Shown here one piece after another: positions 37,494 through 47,953 of a stretch of DNA of 64,000 nt. The first letter of the stretch is position 1; every line of letters begins with the position of its first letter. The position numbers and the translations under genes are program-made. The notes below the pieces were generated by a model that worked only from the letters and a program-made list of their open reading frames with translations, had not been told where the DNA came from and made no database searches. Source of the DNA: a virus; the IMG/VR virus record IMGVR_UViG_3300025423_000001, positions 23,119-87,118 of that record, one strand, 5' to 3'.

Positions 37494-37748
37494 ATGAAAT
37501 ACCTAAAGCTCACAGCAGTACTATCACTGCTATTACTATCCTTCAAGACAGGTGACAACAAACCGACACCACCAACGTCCTACACCATCACACTTTCTGT
37601 GCAGCAGTTACAGGCCTTGTCCTACAGCCTGGACAAAAGCAATGCTGAACACACGGTAGTTACCGAGTTGGTAAAGACCATCAATGAACAGGTGGAAAAA
37701 CAGTACAAGGCTGCCATGGACACAACACAGGCTAAACCTAAGCATTAA
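37494..37748 (+). CDS. small signal-peptide protein
   Basis: MKYLKLTAVLSLLLLSF. Confidence 0.65.
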   Translation: MKYLKLTAVLSLLLLSFKTGDNKPTPPTSYTITLSVQQLQALSYSLDKSNAEHTVVTELVKTINEQVEKQYKAAMDTTQAKPKH

Positions 37749-37751
37749 ATC

Positions 37752-38594
37752 ATGACAGAACCGGCTAAGCACATACCCGTAGACTACGACGATGGCAAGC
37801 ACCTGTACTCACTGCAGGGCATGCGTTACACTTCAGCTTCACAGCTCGTGGAGAAGTTCGGTAACCATTTCGATGCTGACACTGTGGCTATTGGGTATGC
37901 TGCTAAGCATGGAATGACACCTGAGTACTGGAAAGACAAATGGGCCACCAAAAACGAGAAGTCTAAGATACGCGGCAACAACATACACGACCAGCAAGAG
38001 CTGATACTGAAAACACGTATGCTGGACATCTACGACGACAGACAGGTGCCGGTACATGATGGGCTGATACAAGAAACAGACCCATGGTACAATAGGCCAG
38101 ACGGTGTGTACACTGAGGCTAAGCTCTGGCACCACGGTTATAGGCTGGCAGGTAGGAGTGACAAGGTGATACTGCTTACCCACTATCCAGTGGAATTTGC
38201 CAATCCGTCCGAGACCATCCAGCGCTATGCCCACGTCGAAGACTACAAGACCAACGAGTCTTTAAACTTTGAAAGCTATCAATATCCCAACGGCTCACGC
38301 AAGATGATGAAGCCGCCGATAGCACACATACAGGATTGCAATTGGCAGCACTACTGCCTCCAGCTTTCCATTTACATGCTCATGCTTGAGTACCAGGGGT
38401 TCCTGCCCGGCAAGATGAGCATCACACATTTCCCGCATCCAACATCTGATAATCCAATACCCAAGCTGGTCAAGTACCCAGTACCTTACCTCAAGAAGGA
38501 AGTGGTTACCATGGCCAGCTTCAATCTACGTTCCTATGCCACAGCCAACAACAATCGAATGCAACAAACGCTTAGCACGGGAGGTGGCCGATGA
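37752..38594 (+). CDS. PD-(D/E)xK nuclease
   Basis: EAKLW, LAGRSD, EDYKT, HYCLQLSIY. Confidence 0.85.
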   Translation: MTEPAKHIPVDYDDGKHLYSLQGMRYTSASQLVEKFGNHFDADTVAIGYAAKHGMTPEYWKDKWATKNEKSKIRGNNIHDQQELILKTRMLDIYDDRQVPVHDGLIQETDPWYNRPDGVYTEAKLWHHGYRLAGRSDKVILLTHYPVEFANPSETIQRYAHVEDYKTNESLNFESYQYPNGSRKMMKPPIAHIQDCNWQHYCLQLSIYMLMLEYQGFLPGKMSITHFPHPTSDNPIPKLVKYPVPYLKKEVVTMASFNLRSYATANNNRMQQTLSTGGGR

Positions 38595-38847
38595 ACAGGC
38601 CGTAGCTCTCTCGGTTGTAGAACACGCCATCCACCATTACGGGGAATTCATTGCTACCACCATCCGCTCAGGCGGGATGGAGGGTGTGTTCATTCCGTAC
38701 CTTGGAAAGATAAGCGTGAAACACCGGGAGCAGCAATTCAAAGACTACATCCACACACTCAGCCCGATAGAACAGACTGTGCTGAGAAACATGAAACAAG
38801 ACGAACTTGACATAGTGTTTGCTTACAAAGAGGAGGCTGCCGTATGA
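38536..38847 (+). CDS. IHF/HU-like protein
   Basis: LAREVA...IRSG...VFIPYLGKISVK. Confidence 0.65.
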   Translation: MPQPTTIECNKRLAREVADEQAVALSVVEHAIHHYGEFIATTIRSGGMEGVFIPYLGKISVKHREQQFKDYIHTLSPIEQTVLRNMKQDELDIVFAYKEEAAV

Positions 38848-39530
38848 GACTATTCTTACTTGACTCTAACTACCAGGTAGAGCTGAACAAGGAATGGATA
38901 ATGCTCATTCCTGAATTCGCAGCCTTACTCAAGAGGGACAAAGGCAGCAAGGGAGACTACCGTGGTGACCTTAAACTCAAAACGCGCAAAGAGCTAACAT
39001 TCATATACTTTGACTTAGACTTCACCTCCCCCATACGTGAGTGGCCGGACTTCGAGCGTAGGGAAGAGGCTATGCGGTTTGCCGGACTCTCCGAAGCTGA
39101 CCTTGACGGGCCTGTGATGGAAGCCCACGTCATGTACAACAAGCTACTCCTCCAATCATCCCGAAGCCTAAAGACGTTACGCTCGATAGAGAAATCCCTG
39201 GACGCCATGGACACTTACTTCGAGGACATAGACTTCTCAAAAGAAGACAAGAAAGGCGAACTGGTACATGACCCAGCCAAGTACATACTCAATCTTCAAC
39301 GTATAGGTGCCGCCTATGATAGCGTAGACAAGTTCCGCAAGCGTGTACAAGAAGAACTGAAAGGGGAAGCCAGCATTCGTGGTACAGCCACCCTTGGCCG
39401 GAAAGAGACTGCTGGTATGGGTGAATGGAAAGAACAGACTGAAGCTCCAGTTGCTACAGCCATCAACTTCAGTAAGATAGGCAGCCTGCTCAGAGGGGCT
39501 GTAGAGGAGGAAGAAGATGGGATGGCATAA
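38844..39530 (+). CDS. conserved protein upstream of TerL (candidate small terminase)
   Basis: Position and helical character only. Confidence 0.5.
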   Translation: MRLFLLDSNYQVELNKEWIMLIPEFAALLKRDKGSKGDYRGDLKLKTRKELTFIYFDLDFTSPIREWPDFERREEAMRFAGLSEADLDGPVMEAHVMYNKLLLQSSRSLKTLRSIEKSLDAMDTYFEDIDFSKEDKKGELVHDPAKYILNLQRIGAAYDSVDKFRKRVQEELKGEASIRGTATLGRKETAGMGEWKEQTEAPVATAINFSKIGSLLRGAVEEEEDGMA

Positions 39531-41631
39531 CCTCAGTAACACAGCACAATTCTCCTACACAGCCAGAGACTTTATCAAGAATGGTGGCCGGTATTGCCTT
39601 GCCCCAATTGGCAGCCGTGAATGGAACGAGTTTTGGGACATAGAGGCTAAACGCTGTCGTGAAGGCTACAAGATAGGTGACACATGGATAACAGGCAGGC
39701 ACTACCACTACCTGAACTTCACACCCATCTGGAAAGTGCCGGACGATGTGGGCATCAAAGCATTCAACGAGGCCAAGAATGGCAAGGCTAAGATAGGCAA
39801 GCTGACCGCTGAAAAGGTGTTCAGCTTTCCGCGTTTCTACGAGACAGGCTACGAATGGTACAGGTTTAAGCACATAGCCTGGTATGGGGGTGAGTTCATG
39901 GGTATCAACTCGCCCGGGGCCAAGCACATAGGCTGCGCCAAAGCAAGAGGTGCTGGCTGGAGCTACATGGAAGCCCAAGATGGTGTGTACAACTACACAT
40001 TCGTAGACGGTAGTAAGAACTACTACTACGCTGGCATCGAACAATATCTTACTGTGGATGGTATCCTCAACAAGGTACAGCCCATGCTTGACTGGATAAA
40101 TGACCACTGCCCTGATTGGAAGAAGAACAGGCAGAAGAAGAACACACTCATGCACATGCGGGCTAGCTATATTGACGCATTCGGGACTGAGCGTGGAAGC
40201 ATGAGCGAGATAATCGGCGTGGTAGTAGACGACCCAGAGAAGACAAGGGGTAAGCGCGGGCGCAAGATAACCTTTGAGGAAGGAGGCTCATTTCGCAACA
40301 TCAAGAAGGCTTACAACGTGGCACAAGGCTCTATGAAAGATGGTGACATCTACGTCGGGCAGATGACTGTGCTCGGTACCGGTGGCGAGGAAGGCCCTGA
40401 CATCGAAGGGTTGGAGGATATGTTTTATGACCCAGAAAGCTTTGACATGCTGGCATTCCCCAACGTGTGGGAACCTGGCTTTGAGAATACAACCTGCGGC
40501 TACTTCTGCCCTGTGTGGCGTACCAAGTCCACCTTCATGGATGAAAACGGAAACGTTGACATAGCCATGGCCATTGAGAGTGAGAAAAAGATTAGGCTGC
40601 AGAAGAAGAAGGCCAAAGACCCGAATGTGTTGGATGGACATAAGGCTGAGTACCCAATCGTACCATCTGAAGCTTTCAAGCGTCTCAAGCGCAACTCTTT
40701 CAACGTGGCAGAAGTGGAAGCCCAAATACGGCGCATAGAAACCCAACAGGCCATACAAGGTATGCTCCGGCACGGGCAACTCACCCGGGATGAAAAGCTG
40801 GGCGTAGTGTTTATTCCTCAGCCTAAAGACGTGGCCAAGCCAGTGGAAGAATACCCACATAACCAGAAAGGAGACCTTGAAGGCTGCGTGACAATAGTAG
40901 CCTCCCCGTTCCGTGACCAGCGTGGTAGCGTACCGGATGGTATGTACCAAATTGTAGTTGACCCATACTATAAGGAAGAGAGCGAAGACCTCACGTCCTT
41001 GTTCGTGGTACAGGTATGGAAGCAATTCAACCAGCTAAGCCCTGTGGATGAAGAGCTACCAGTAGCATGGTACGTTGGCCGGCCACAAAGTTTAGATACA
41101 GCCTACGCCAATCTATTCATGCTGTCTGACTTGTACAATTGCTCCATCCAATCGGAGATAGCCGGTGGTGGGCAGGGGATAGTAGACTATGCCAAGACTA
41201 ACAAGCTACTGCACAAGCTGGAACGTGAACCAGAGATGATGGGCAACAATAAGGAGTACACCACTACATCGGCACAGAGAAACCGTGCCATTTTCATGAA
41301 CATGAGTACGGAGAAAGCAAGGTTGGGTATCACCTATCTCGTCAACTGGCACACTAAGGTGAGAGGGTACACAGAAGACGGCAAACCCATACTCAACATA
41401 CACCGGTGCTATGACATAGGTATGCTTCGGGAAATGAAGAAGTACAATCCTGAGAAGAACGCTGACAGATTATCAGCTGCCAGGATAGCTATGTTCATGC
41501 TTAAAGAAAACGCCTACCGCGAAGAAAGCCGTGTACAGCAAGACGATGAAGGCTTTTACAGCAGGCCATTATTCACCAGTGAGGGTAGGTATGCTCCACA
41601 GGCACAAGGTATGACGTCTCCATACGGTTAG
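39517..41631 (+). CDS. terL: terminase large subunit
   Basis: ITGRHYHYLNF, KARGAGWS, FEEGG, GTGGE, nuclease VDPY and ADRLSA. Confidence 0.93.
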   Translation: MGWHNLSNTAQFSYTARDFIKNGGRYCLAPIGSREWNEFWDIEAKRCREGYKIGDTWITGRHYHYLNFTPIWKVPDDVGIKAFNEAKNGKAKIGKLTAEKVFSFPRFYETGYEWYRFKHIAWYGGEFMGINSPGAKHIGCAKARGAGWSYMEAQDGVYNYTFVDGSKNYYYAGIEQYLTVDGILNKVQPMLDWINDHCPDWKKNRQKKNTLMHMRASYIDAFGTERGSMSEIIGVVVDDPEKTRGKRGRKITFEEGGSFRNIKKAYNVAQGSMKDGDIYVGQMTVLGTGGEEGPDIEGLEDMFYDPESFDMLAFPNVWEPGFENTTCGYFCPVWRTKSTFMDENGNVDIAMAIESEKKIRLQKKKAKDPNVLDGHKAEYPIVPSEAFKRLKRNSFNVAEVEAQIRRIETQQAIQGMLRHGQLTRDEKLGVVFIPQPKDVAKPVEEYPHNQKGDLEGCVTIVASPFRDQRGSVPDGMYQIVVDPYYKEESEDLTSLFVVQVWKQFNQLSPVDEELPVAWYVGRPQSLDTAYANLFMLSDLYNCSIQSEIAGGGQGIVDYAKTNKLLHKLEREPEMMGNNKEYTTTSAQRNRAIFMNMSTEKARLGITYLVNWHTKVRGYTEDGKPILNIHRCYDIGMLREMKKYNPEKNADRLSAARIAMFMLKENAYREESRVQQDDEGFYSRPLFTSEGRYAPQAQGMTSPYG

Positions 41632-41645
41632 TAATTTACCAGCCA

Positions 41646-44111
41646 ATGGCAAATACTATCAACGCACCGGACAAGTCTGACTTGACCAAGCGGGAAGTGC
41701 CGACCGGCAGACCGCTACAGAGATTGTCATGGCAGGCCAAGATTGCTGACAACTACGATTGGTTCAAGAAGAACATAGACTATTACATCCACCTGTCGAA
41801 CTTTAACTTCGGCACGGCTCCGGCTGCAAGGAAAGATTTGCGCATGTTGTACCAGATTTACAACAACAACTTCCCCCTGACATGGTTCTCCCATTTCACT
41901 GACCCACTTAACGCAGCCAACCCACAGCATAAGCAGTACCCAGCCAAGATACGGCCCACTTCCATGATACGCACAAACATTGACCTCTTGCTGGGTGAAT
42001 ACCCGAAGAGGCCATTTTCATTTCAGGTGGTAAACATGGGAGAAGATGGGTTAAACAGCTATGTAGAAAGTTTGAATAAGGCTGTAGAACAGAACTTACA
42101 GGAGCATTTCATGGCCATAGCCCAGCAACAGATGCAGGCAGCCGGCCACCAGCAACCACAAAATGCTATACCACAGGAACAGGAAATCGAACTGCCTGAA
42201 AGTCTGAAAAAACGTTTTACAGCCAACTACAAAGATAACTTAGCCATACAAGGGCAGCGCTGGCTCAAGCGTGCATTAAGGGAGTATTACATACGGCCCA
42301 AGATGCTCAAGATGTTCAAAGACTGGCTTATCACAGGCCGGTCTTACAGTTACAAAAATGTAGAGCTGGGCAACTTTGTATACGAGCGTGTCTCCCCATT
42401 AGAAATGGACTTCGACAAGAGTCCTAACACTGACTACATCGAAGATGGGGAATGGGCCATACGCCGTCTCCTGATGACTATCTCTGATGTGGTAGATAGG
42501 TTCTATGACGAGCTGAAAGATGAAGACCACCAGGAGCTTGAAAAGCGCTCCCACTGGGTGACACCTTTTAGCATGTATAACTACTTGCAAGAGGAATTCT
42601 CCAAATACGACACATACTCTGGCAAGATACCGGTGTATCACGTTACCTGGAAGAGCCGTAAGGAAATTTTGCATGTGGAGTACACAGACCCATTGACAGG
42701 GCAGATACAAGAAATGGTGGTAGATGAGTCTGTACCATCCATGCCAAACATCAAAGTTATCAAGCATGAATGGGTGAACGAAGTGTTGGAAGGCTGGAGG
42801 ATAGGAGACAACATCTTCACACGTATGCGGGCCCTGCCAGTGCAGCGTAACGAGATGAACAATTACTCTTCCTGTAAGCTGCCATACAACGGACGCCACT
42901 ACAGTGACACACACAGCGACAACATAAGCGTGATGGAGATGGGTGTACCCTATGCCATCATGTACATGATAACCAACTTCACCCTTGAGAAAACCATAGC
43001 CAAGAACAAAGGCAAGATAGCGTTGATTGACCAGAATGCCATACCTAAAGGCAACGGCTGGAACGAAGAAAAGTTCTTCTACTACGCGGATGCCCTGGGC
43101 TACATGCTTGTCAACCGCAGCCAGCAAGGGGTAGATAAGAGTTTTAACCAGTACAGTACCCTTGACCTCAATCTATTCGACCAGATTGAAAAGCTCATCA
43201 TGCTACGCGACAGCTTCAAAAAAGACTGGGATGATGTGTTGGGTATCAATGCACCACGTAAGGGCCAGACAGCCTCGGGCGGTGATGGGTTGGGTGTGCA
43301 GCAGAACTTGTTGTTTCAATCCAGTGTTATCACTGATATGATATTCACGTTATTTGAGGAATTCACAGAACGTGAGCTGCAGGGTATACTGGATTTCTCC
43401 CGTTTTGTGAACGCCGATGGCATCCGGGCTATCTATAACCAAGACGATTTTGACAAGGAACTCTTAGACATAGACCCGAACAGCTACTGCAATGCAGAGC
43501 TTGGCTTGTTTGTAAACGGCTCGGCTTCAGAGTTACAGACGCTACAGGAATACAAGCAAGGTACACAGACTATGCTGCAAAGGCCGGACATCAAACTATC
43601 CACTGTACTGGAAGTGCAGCATAGCAATAACGTGGCAGAGCTTAAGGCCAAACTAAAGGAGATAGAAAGCATTGAAGCCCAACAAGCTCAGGCAAACGAA
43701 GAAGCCCAGCAGGAACATGAAAAGGCAGTGGAAGCTATGAAGGAACAATTCCTCAAGATAGCCTCTGACCTGAAAATCAGTGAAATCAACGCTGAGTGGG
43801 ATAGGAAAGACCAGAACCAGATGATACTCGGGGAATACACACTTGAAGCTGCCGGTATCACAGGTGGGGACGCTAACAACAACGGCATACCTGATGCATC
43901 AGAAATCTCCAAGCGTGTAGTGGCTGCCAGCAAAATAGCATCAGAAGAACGCAAAGCTTACGCTGAAATCAGTAGCCGTGAGCATGTAGCCAAATTACAA
44001 CACAGCCAGGCACAGCAGAAACTTGCCCTTGAACGTGAGAAGATGAAGAGCAAGGAGAGGATTGAGAACAAGAAGGTACAAGTGGCCCGGTACAAGAAAG
44101 CATCTAAGTAA
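41646..44111 (+). CDS. portal protein
   Basis: IDLLLGEYPKRP, WVNEVLEGWRIG, KLPYNG; follows terL. Confidence 0.9.
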   Translation: MANTINAPDKSDLTKREVPTGRPLQRLSWQAKIADNYDWFKKNIDYYIHLSNFNFGTAPAARKDLRMLYQIYNNNFPLTWFSHFTDPLNAANPQHKQYPAKIRPTSMIRTNIDLLLGEYPKRPFSFQVVNMGEDGLNSYVESLNKAVEQNLQEHFMAIAQQQMQAAGHQQPQNAIPQEQEIELPESLKKRFTANYKDNLAIQGQRWLKRALREYYIRPKMLKMFKDWLITGRSYSYKNVELGNFVYERVSPLEMDFDKSPNTDYIEDGEWAIRRLLMTISDVVDRFYDELKDEDHQELEKRSHWVTPFSMYNYLQEEFSKYDTYSGKIPVYHVTWKSRKEILHVEYTDPLTGQIQEMVVDESVPSMPNIKVIKHEWVNEVLEGWRIGDNIFTRMRALPVQRNEMNNYSSCKLPYNGRHYSDTHSDNISVMEMGVPYAIMYMITNFTLEKTIAKNKGKIALIDQNAIPKGNGWNEEKFFYYADALGYMLVNRSQQGVDKSFNQYSTLDLNLFDQIEKLIMLRDSFKKDWDDVLGINAPRKGQTASGGDGLGVQQNLLFQSSVITDMIFTLFEEFTERELQGILDFSRFVNADGIRAIYNQDDFDKELLDIDPNSYCNAELGLFVNGSASELQTLQEYKQGTQTMLQRPDIKLSTVLEVQHSNNVAELKAKLKEIESIEAQQAQANEEAQQEHEKAVEAMKEQFLKIASDLKISEINAEWDRKDQNQMILGEYTLEAAGITGGDANNNGIPDASEISKRVVAASKIASEERKAYAEISSREHVAKLQHSQAQQKLALEREKMKSKERIENKKVQVARYKKASK

Positions 44112-44128
44112 CCAATATCTAATACAGT

Positions 44129-45271
44129 ATGAACAACTTTATCCGTAAATTCTATGAAGCCGCCGCAGGAGGTGGCTCAGGCACTGGGGGTGCATTCACC
44201 CTTGCCGATTTAAACGCAGGAGATGGTGCGCCCTCTCCGGCAGACCTTGATGCAGCCCGTCAAAAGGCTGATACAACACCAGCACCTATAGAAGGCGTAA
44301 ACCCTGATGGCACCTTACAAGAGGGCTACACAAAAGATGCCGATGGTAAGGTGGTAAAGACTGCTGCACCAGCTCCTTCTAAAGAAGGAGAAGAGCCTGG
44401 AGAAGAAAGCACAGAAGACGGAGGCATAGACCCTACAGAGTTCTGGGCTGACGTAGACAAGCGCCATGGCTGGGAACTGAAGGTGGAGTATCCTGAGGGC
44501 ATAGACCCACTCAGCCCTGAGGGTGTGTACCACAGGGAGAAGGCTGTAGCAGCCAAAGCAGCGGAAGACTTTGAGGGTTACCTTAAGAAAGCTGACCCAC
44601 GGGGGTACGCATACATGCTCCACAGACAAGCAGGAGGGAATGACGAAGATTTCTTTGCCAATAAAACTTTTAGCTTGCCTGAGTATGACGCATTCAAGGC
44701 TGACGTTGATATACAGAAGGCTGTTTACCGGGAATCACTACTGGCCAAGGGGCTCGATACAGAAACGGTGCAGATGATTATCGACAAAGACTTGAAGGAC
44801 AACAAGCTTTTTGACAAGGCTAACAACGCCTACAAAGATGTAAAGAAAACACAGGAACAGCAACTGCAGCAAATTGAGGTCAAGCGCCAACAGGCTGAAC
44901 AGCAGTACCAGCGTTCTGTAAGCAAACTTACAGCCGACCTGAACGACACAATTGTTGAAGGAAAAGGCATCAATCTTGTCATTCCTGACACAGACAAGCA
45001 GCCGTTTCTGGATTTCGTGAAAGGCCGCATACAGATTGAAGATGGCAAGTTTGTTATAGTACAGCCTGTAAGCGATGCAGAGTTTGCTCGCCAACTGGAG
45101 AGTATGTACTTCCTGTTCAAGAAAGGCAACTTGAAAGACTTGATAGCCCGTGAAGCCAAGACACAGAATGTGAAAAGGCTTGGGCAGACAATGCAGAAGG
45201 CCAGAGGCACAACAGCCAAGAGTGGTGAAGATACCAGCAGGAAAGGCTTCCTTGCCCTCGGAGACCTGTAA
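44129..45271 (+). CDS. putative scaffolding/capsid assembly protein
   Basis: Acidic low-complexity N-terminus and coiled coil; lies between portal and capsid genes. Confidence 0.6.
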   Translation: MNNFIRKFYEAAAGGGSGTGGAFTLADLNAGDGAPSPADLDAARQKADTTPAPIEGVNPDGTLQEGYTKDADGKVVKTAAPAPSKEGEEPGEESTEDGGIDPTEFWADVDKRHGWELKVEYPEGIDPLSPEGVYHREKAVAAKAAEDFEGYLKKADPRGYAYMLHRQAGGNDEDFFANKTFSLPEYDAFKADVDIQKAVYRESLLAKGLDTETVQMIIDKDLKDNKLFDKANNAYKDVKKTQEQQLQQIEVKRQQAEQQYQRSVSKLTADLNDTIVEGKGINLVIPDTDKQPFLDFVKGRIQIEDGKFVIVQPVSDAEFARQLESMYFLFKKGNLKDLIAREAKTQNVKRLGQTMQKARGTTAKSGEDTSRKGFLALGDL

Positions 45272-45327
45272 CATATACAGCTTAACAACATAATCCAATA
45301 TCCGTACACTAAAAACCACTAATACCT

Positions 45328-46875
45328 ATGGCTAACCCAATGCCGGCCCTTAAATACCAGGTGACCGAAGCCATTTTCGACAGCAAATCAATGCTGGACG
45401 AAACCAACTTCTACCACCAGCGTCAGGGCCACCCCTCAGAATTGACCAAGAAGCTCACCTACATCATGGGTGACTACACAAAGAACTATCCCATTTCTCT
45501 GATGACCTTAGGTGGCATCGGCTATGAAGGCAACGCAATGAAACGCAGTGCCGTAGAATTGGACGACGTTCAGTTCACCTATCCTGTAATGGGCCGCATT
45601 ACAAAAGCTTCCATCGTGAGCTCTACACCGTATAGCTCAGGTGACAAGCCCGGTATCGGCAACACGCCTTTCAAAATCCGTTTCCAGGATAACTGGATTA
45701 AGCGTTTCTACATCATCCAGTCTGCTCGTGGCATCCAAGCTTACGTACACAGCGATGGTGAGATTAACGGCTCGGGTGAGTACGAATACCAAGTTACCTT
45801 GAACGCAGCCCTTCCCACAGACTACTGTCCTTTGACAGAGTTGCAAGGTGGTAGCGCATGGGCTGACATCACTACAGCTGTAGCTGAAAGTGAGTCTCGT
45901 ACCACTGAAGGTAAAATGGCAATGCCCGGTTTGTACAAAAACCAAATGAGCTTCCTACGCCACGGCTTTAGCTGGGCTGGTAATGCTGCTAACAAGGTTA
46001 TGAAAATCCAGGTGAAAACCGACAAAGGTGAAACCGATGTGTGGATGGACTGGGCCATGTGGCAGTATGAACTTGAATGGTTGAGCATGTGCGAACACAG
46101 CTACTGGTACAGCCGCTACAACAGGGCTACCAACGGTGAGATTGCCTTGAGAGACATCCTGACAGGCAAAGCCATCCCAACCGGTTCAGGCTTGCTTGAA
46201 CAGATTGGTAACAAGAGCACTTACAGCGCTTTGACCTATGACTACTTGAGCAATCAGATTGGTGACGCATTGTTCGGCCTGTCTGACACAGCCGGTGCAA
46301 GCATCACATTGCATACAGGCCGCGGCGGTATGAGGGCTTTTGACAGGGCTATCAAGAAAGCAGGCGGCACATTCTTCCAAAGCTTTGGCAGCGTGAGCGA
46401 TGTGGGCAGCAAGTTTGTATCAGGTACAGGCTACAACCTGGCACTGGGCGGTTACTTTGATGCCTTCTACCACATTGATGGCTACTACATCAAACTGAAA
46501 CACAATCCGATATTCGACATGGGTAAAGTAGCATTGGCCCAACAAGCCGGTGGTTACGTACACCCAGAAACAGGCTGGCCATTAGAAAGCTACCGCATGG
46601 TATTCATTGATGACAATGACTACGATGGGCAGCCTAACATCCAGCACGTTGCACAGAAAGGCCGCGCCTTCCAGCACGGTGTTATCGCCGGTCTTACCAA
46701 CATGCCTAAGAGCTTACAGGTGATGACCAACAGCTTTAACATTGACAGTGAAACAAGGGCAACATTGCTTAGCACCGACCAAGACAAGAGTGCCTACACT
46801 CGTATGTCTTCTAAAGGCATACAAATCCTGAGGGCTAATCGTTGCTTTGACTTCCAATGTACAGCCGGTAACTAA
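45328..46875 (+). CDS. major capsid protein
   Basis: 515 aa; GSGLLEQI, LHTGRGG, HPETGWPLESYRM (crAss-type); followed by a terminator. Confidence 0.88.
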   Translation: MANPMPALKYQVTEAIFDSKSMLDETNFYHQRQGHPSELTKKLTYIMGDYTKNYPISLMTLGGIGYEGNAMKRSAVELDDVQFTYPVMGRITKASIVSSTPYSSGDKPGIGNTPFKIRFQDNWIKRFYIIQSARGIQAYVHSDGEINGSGEYEYQVTLNAALPTDYCPLTELQGGSAWADITTAVAESESRTTEGKMAMPGLYKNQMSFLRHGFSWAGNAANKVMKIQVKTDKGETDVWMDWAMWQYELEWLSMCEHSYWYSRYNRATNGEIALRDILTGKAIPTGSGLLEQIGNKSTYSALTYDYLSNQIGDALFGLSDTAGASITLHTGRGGMRAFDRAIKKAGGTFFQSFGSVSDVGSKFVSGTGYNLALGGYFDAFYHIDGYYIKLKHNPIFDMGKVALAQQAGGYVHPETGWPLESYRMVFIDDNDYDGQPNIQHVAQKGRAFQHGVIAGLTNMPKSLQVMTNSFNIDSETRATLLSTDQDKSAYTRMSSKGIQILRANRCFDFQCTAGN

Positions 46876-46919
46876 CCCTAACCATATCAAAGAAACTACT
46901 GTATAGAGGTTTCTTAAAC

Positions 46920-46951
46920 GGAGGCCCTTTTCTAGGGGCTTCCTGTTTTTT
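46920..46951 (+). terminator. intrinsic terminator
   Basis: GGAGGCCCTT-TTCT-AGGGGCTTCC-TGTTTTTT. Confidence 0.8.
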
Positions 46952-47004
46952 AACCAGTCTATACACCTTATAACAGTACAACAAACCAGAAACACTCACA
47001 CAGT

Positions 47005-47937
47005 ATGGCAACAATTAAGAAACATCCTAACAGCAGGATTATTACACTTTACAGGAAAGACAGTTTCCTGATGAACGCACAAAAGGGCAGTGCCCCAGAG
47101 TTCTTGGAAATGGCAAAACAGAGCTTAGGCTCGTATTGGGACAACAGTTTCTCGTCTGTAGTAGGCTCCGGCCTGAACTTCACAGAGCAGAAGCTCCTGA
47201 TGCCAACACTTGTAGACTGCGAGCCTTCAGACAGAAACTTTAGGACAAAATGCTCGGAGTATTTTGCATCCATAGCCACTAAAGTACCATACGGCAAAGG
47301 CCGTGATTTGGAAATAGGCTTGGAAACCAGCAACAATGAGGACTTGTCAGAGACAAACATGCCCCTTAATCTACCAGACTACGTGGCCTACAGACATGCG
47401 TTAAACCACCCGCTGGTAGCTACAAGCAAAGCTGAAGGTGAGGGAAATATGATTAAGCAGTTTTACCTGTTTGACCCTGCAGCCGTAGAAGAAGCTGACT
47501 TGAAAATCAACAAAGCCCGCAATGAAGCGCTTGAACAGTTCTTGGCCATCATCAAGACGCCGCAGAAAGTGGATATGCTGCTGACTATGTTAGACGTAGA
47601 CCCACGCCTGTACACCGGTAAGAATGCAGTAGCATTGAAAGAAGCCAAGCTTAAGGAACTGGCTGAAGCCAAACCTGACAAGTTTGTGGAGATATTCAAG
47701 GGCAAGCACTTTGAAGAGCTGTACTTAATCCGGTCTATGATTAACACCGGCGTACTGAGTAAAGTAGGTGAGCGTATCATAGACTTGGAAACAGGGGATA
47801 CACTCGGCCACAAACTTGAAGAAGCCGTAGCCTGGGTGAAAGACAAGAGCAACAGCGAACGTTTGTTGCTGCTGAAAGCCCGTATGCAGGAAGGCTTAAG
47901 CAAAACCCTGCCGCAGGTAAACTTGAAGAAACGATAA
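47005..47937 (+). CDS. conserved crAss-like protein following the capsid gene
   Basis: Synteny; LGHKLEEAVAWVKD C-terminal motif. Confidence 0.65.
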   Translation: MATIKKHPNSRIITLYRKDSFLMNAQKGSAPEFLEMAKQSLGSYWDNSFSSVVGSGLNFTEQKLLMPTLVDCEPSDRNFRTKCSEYFASIATKVPYGKGRDLEIGLETSNNEDLSETNMPLNLPDYVAYRHALNHPLVATSKAEGEGNMIKQFYLFDPAAVEEADLKINKARNEALEQFLAIIKTPQKVDMLLTMLDVDPRLYTGKNAVALKEAKLKELAEAKPDKFVEIFKGKHFEELYLIRSMINTGVLSKVGERIIDLETGDTLGHKLEEAVAWVKDKSNSERLLLLKARMQEGLSKTLPQVNLKKR

Positions 47938-47953
47938 CCATTAAACCAATTGT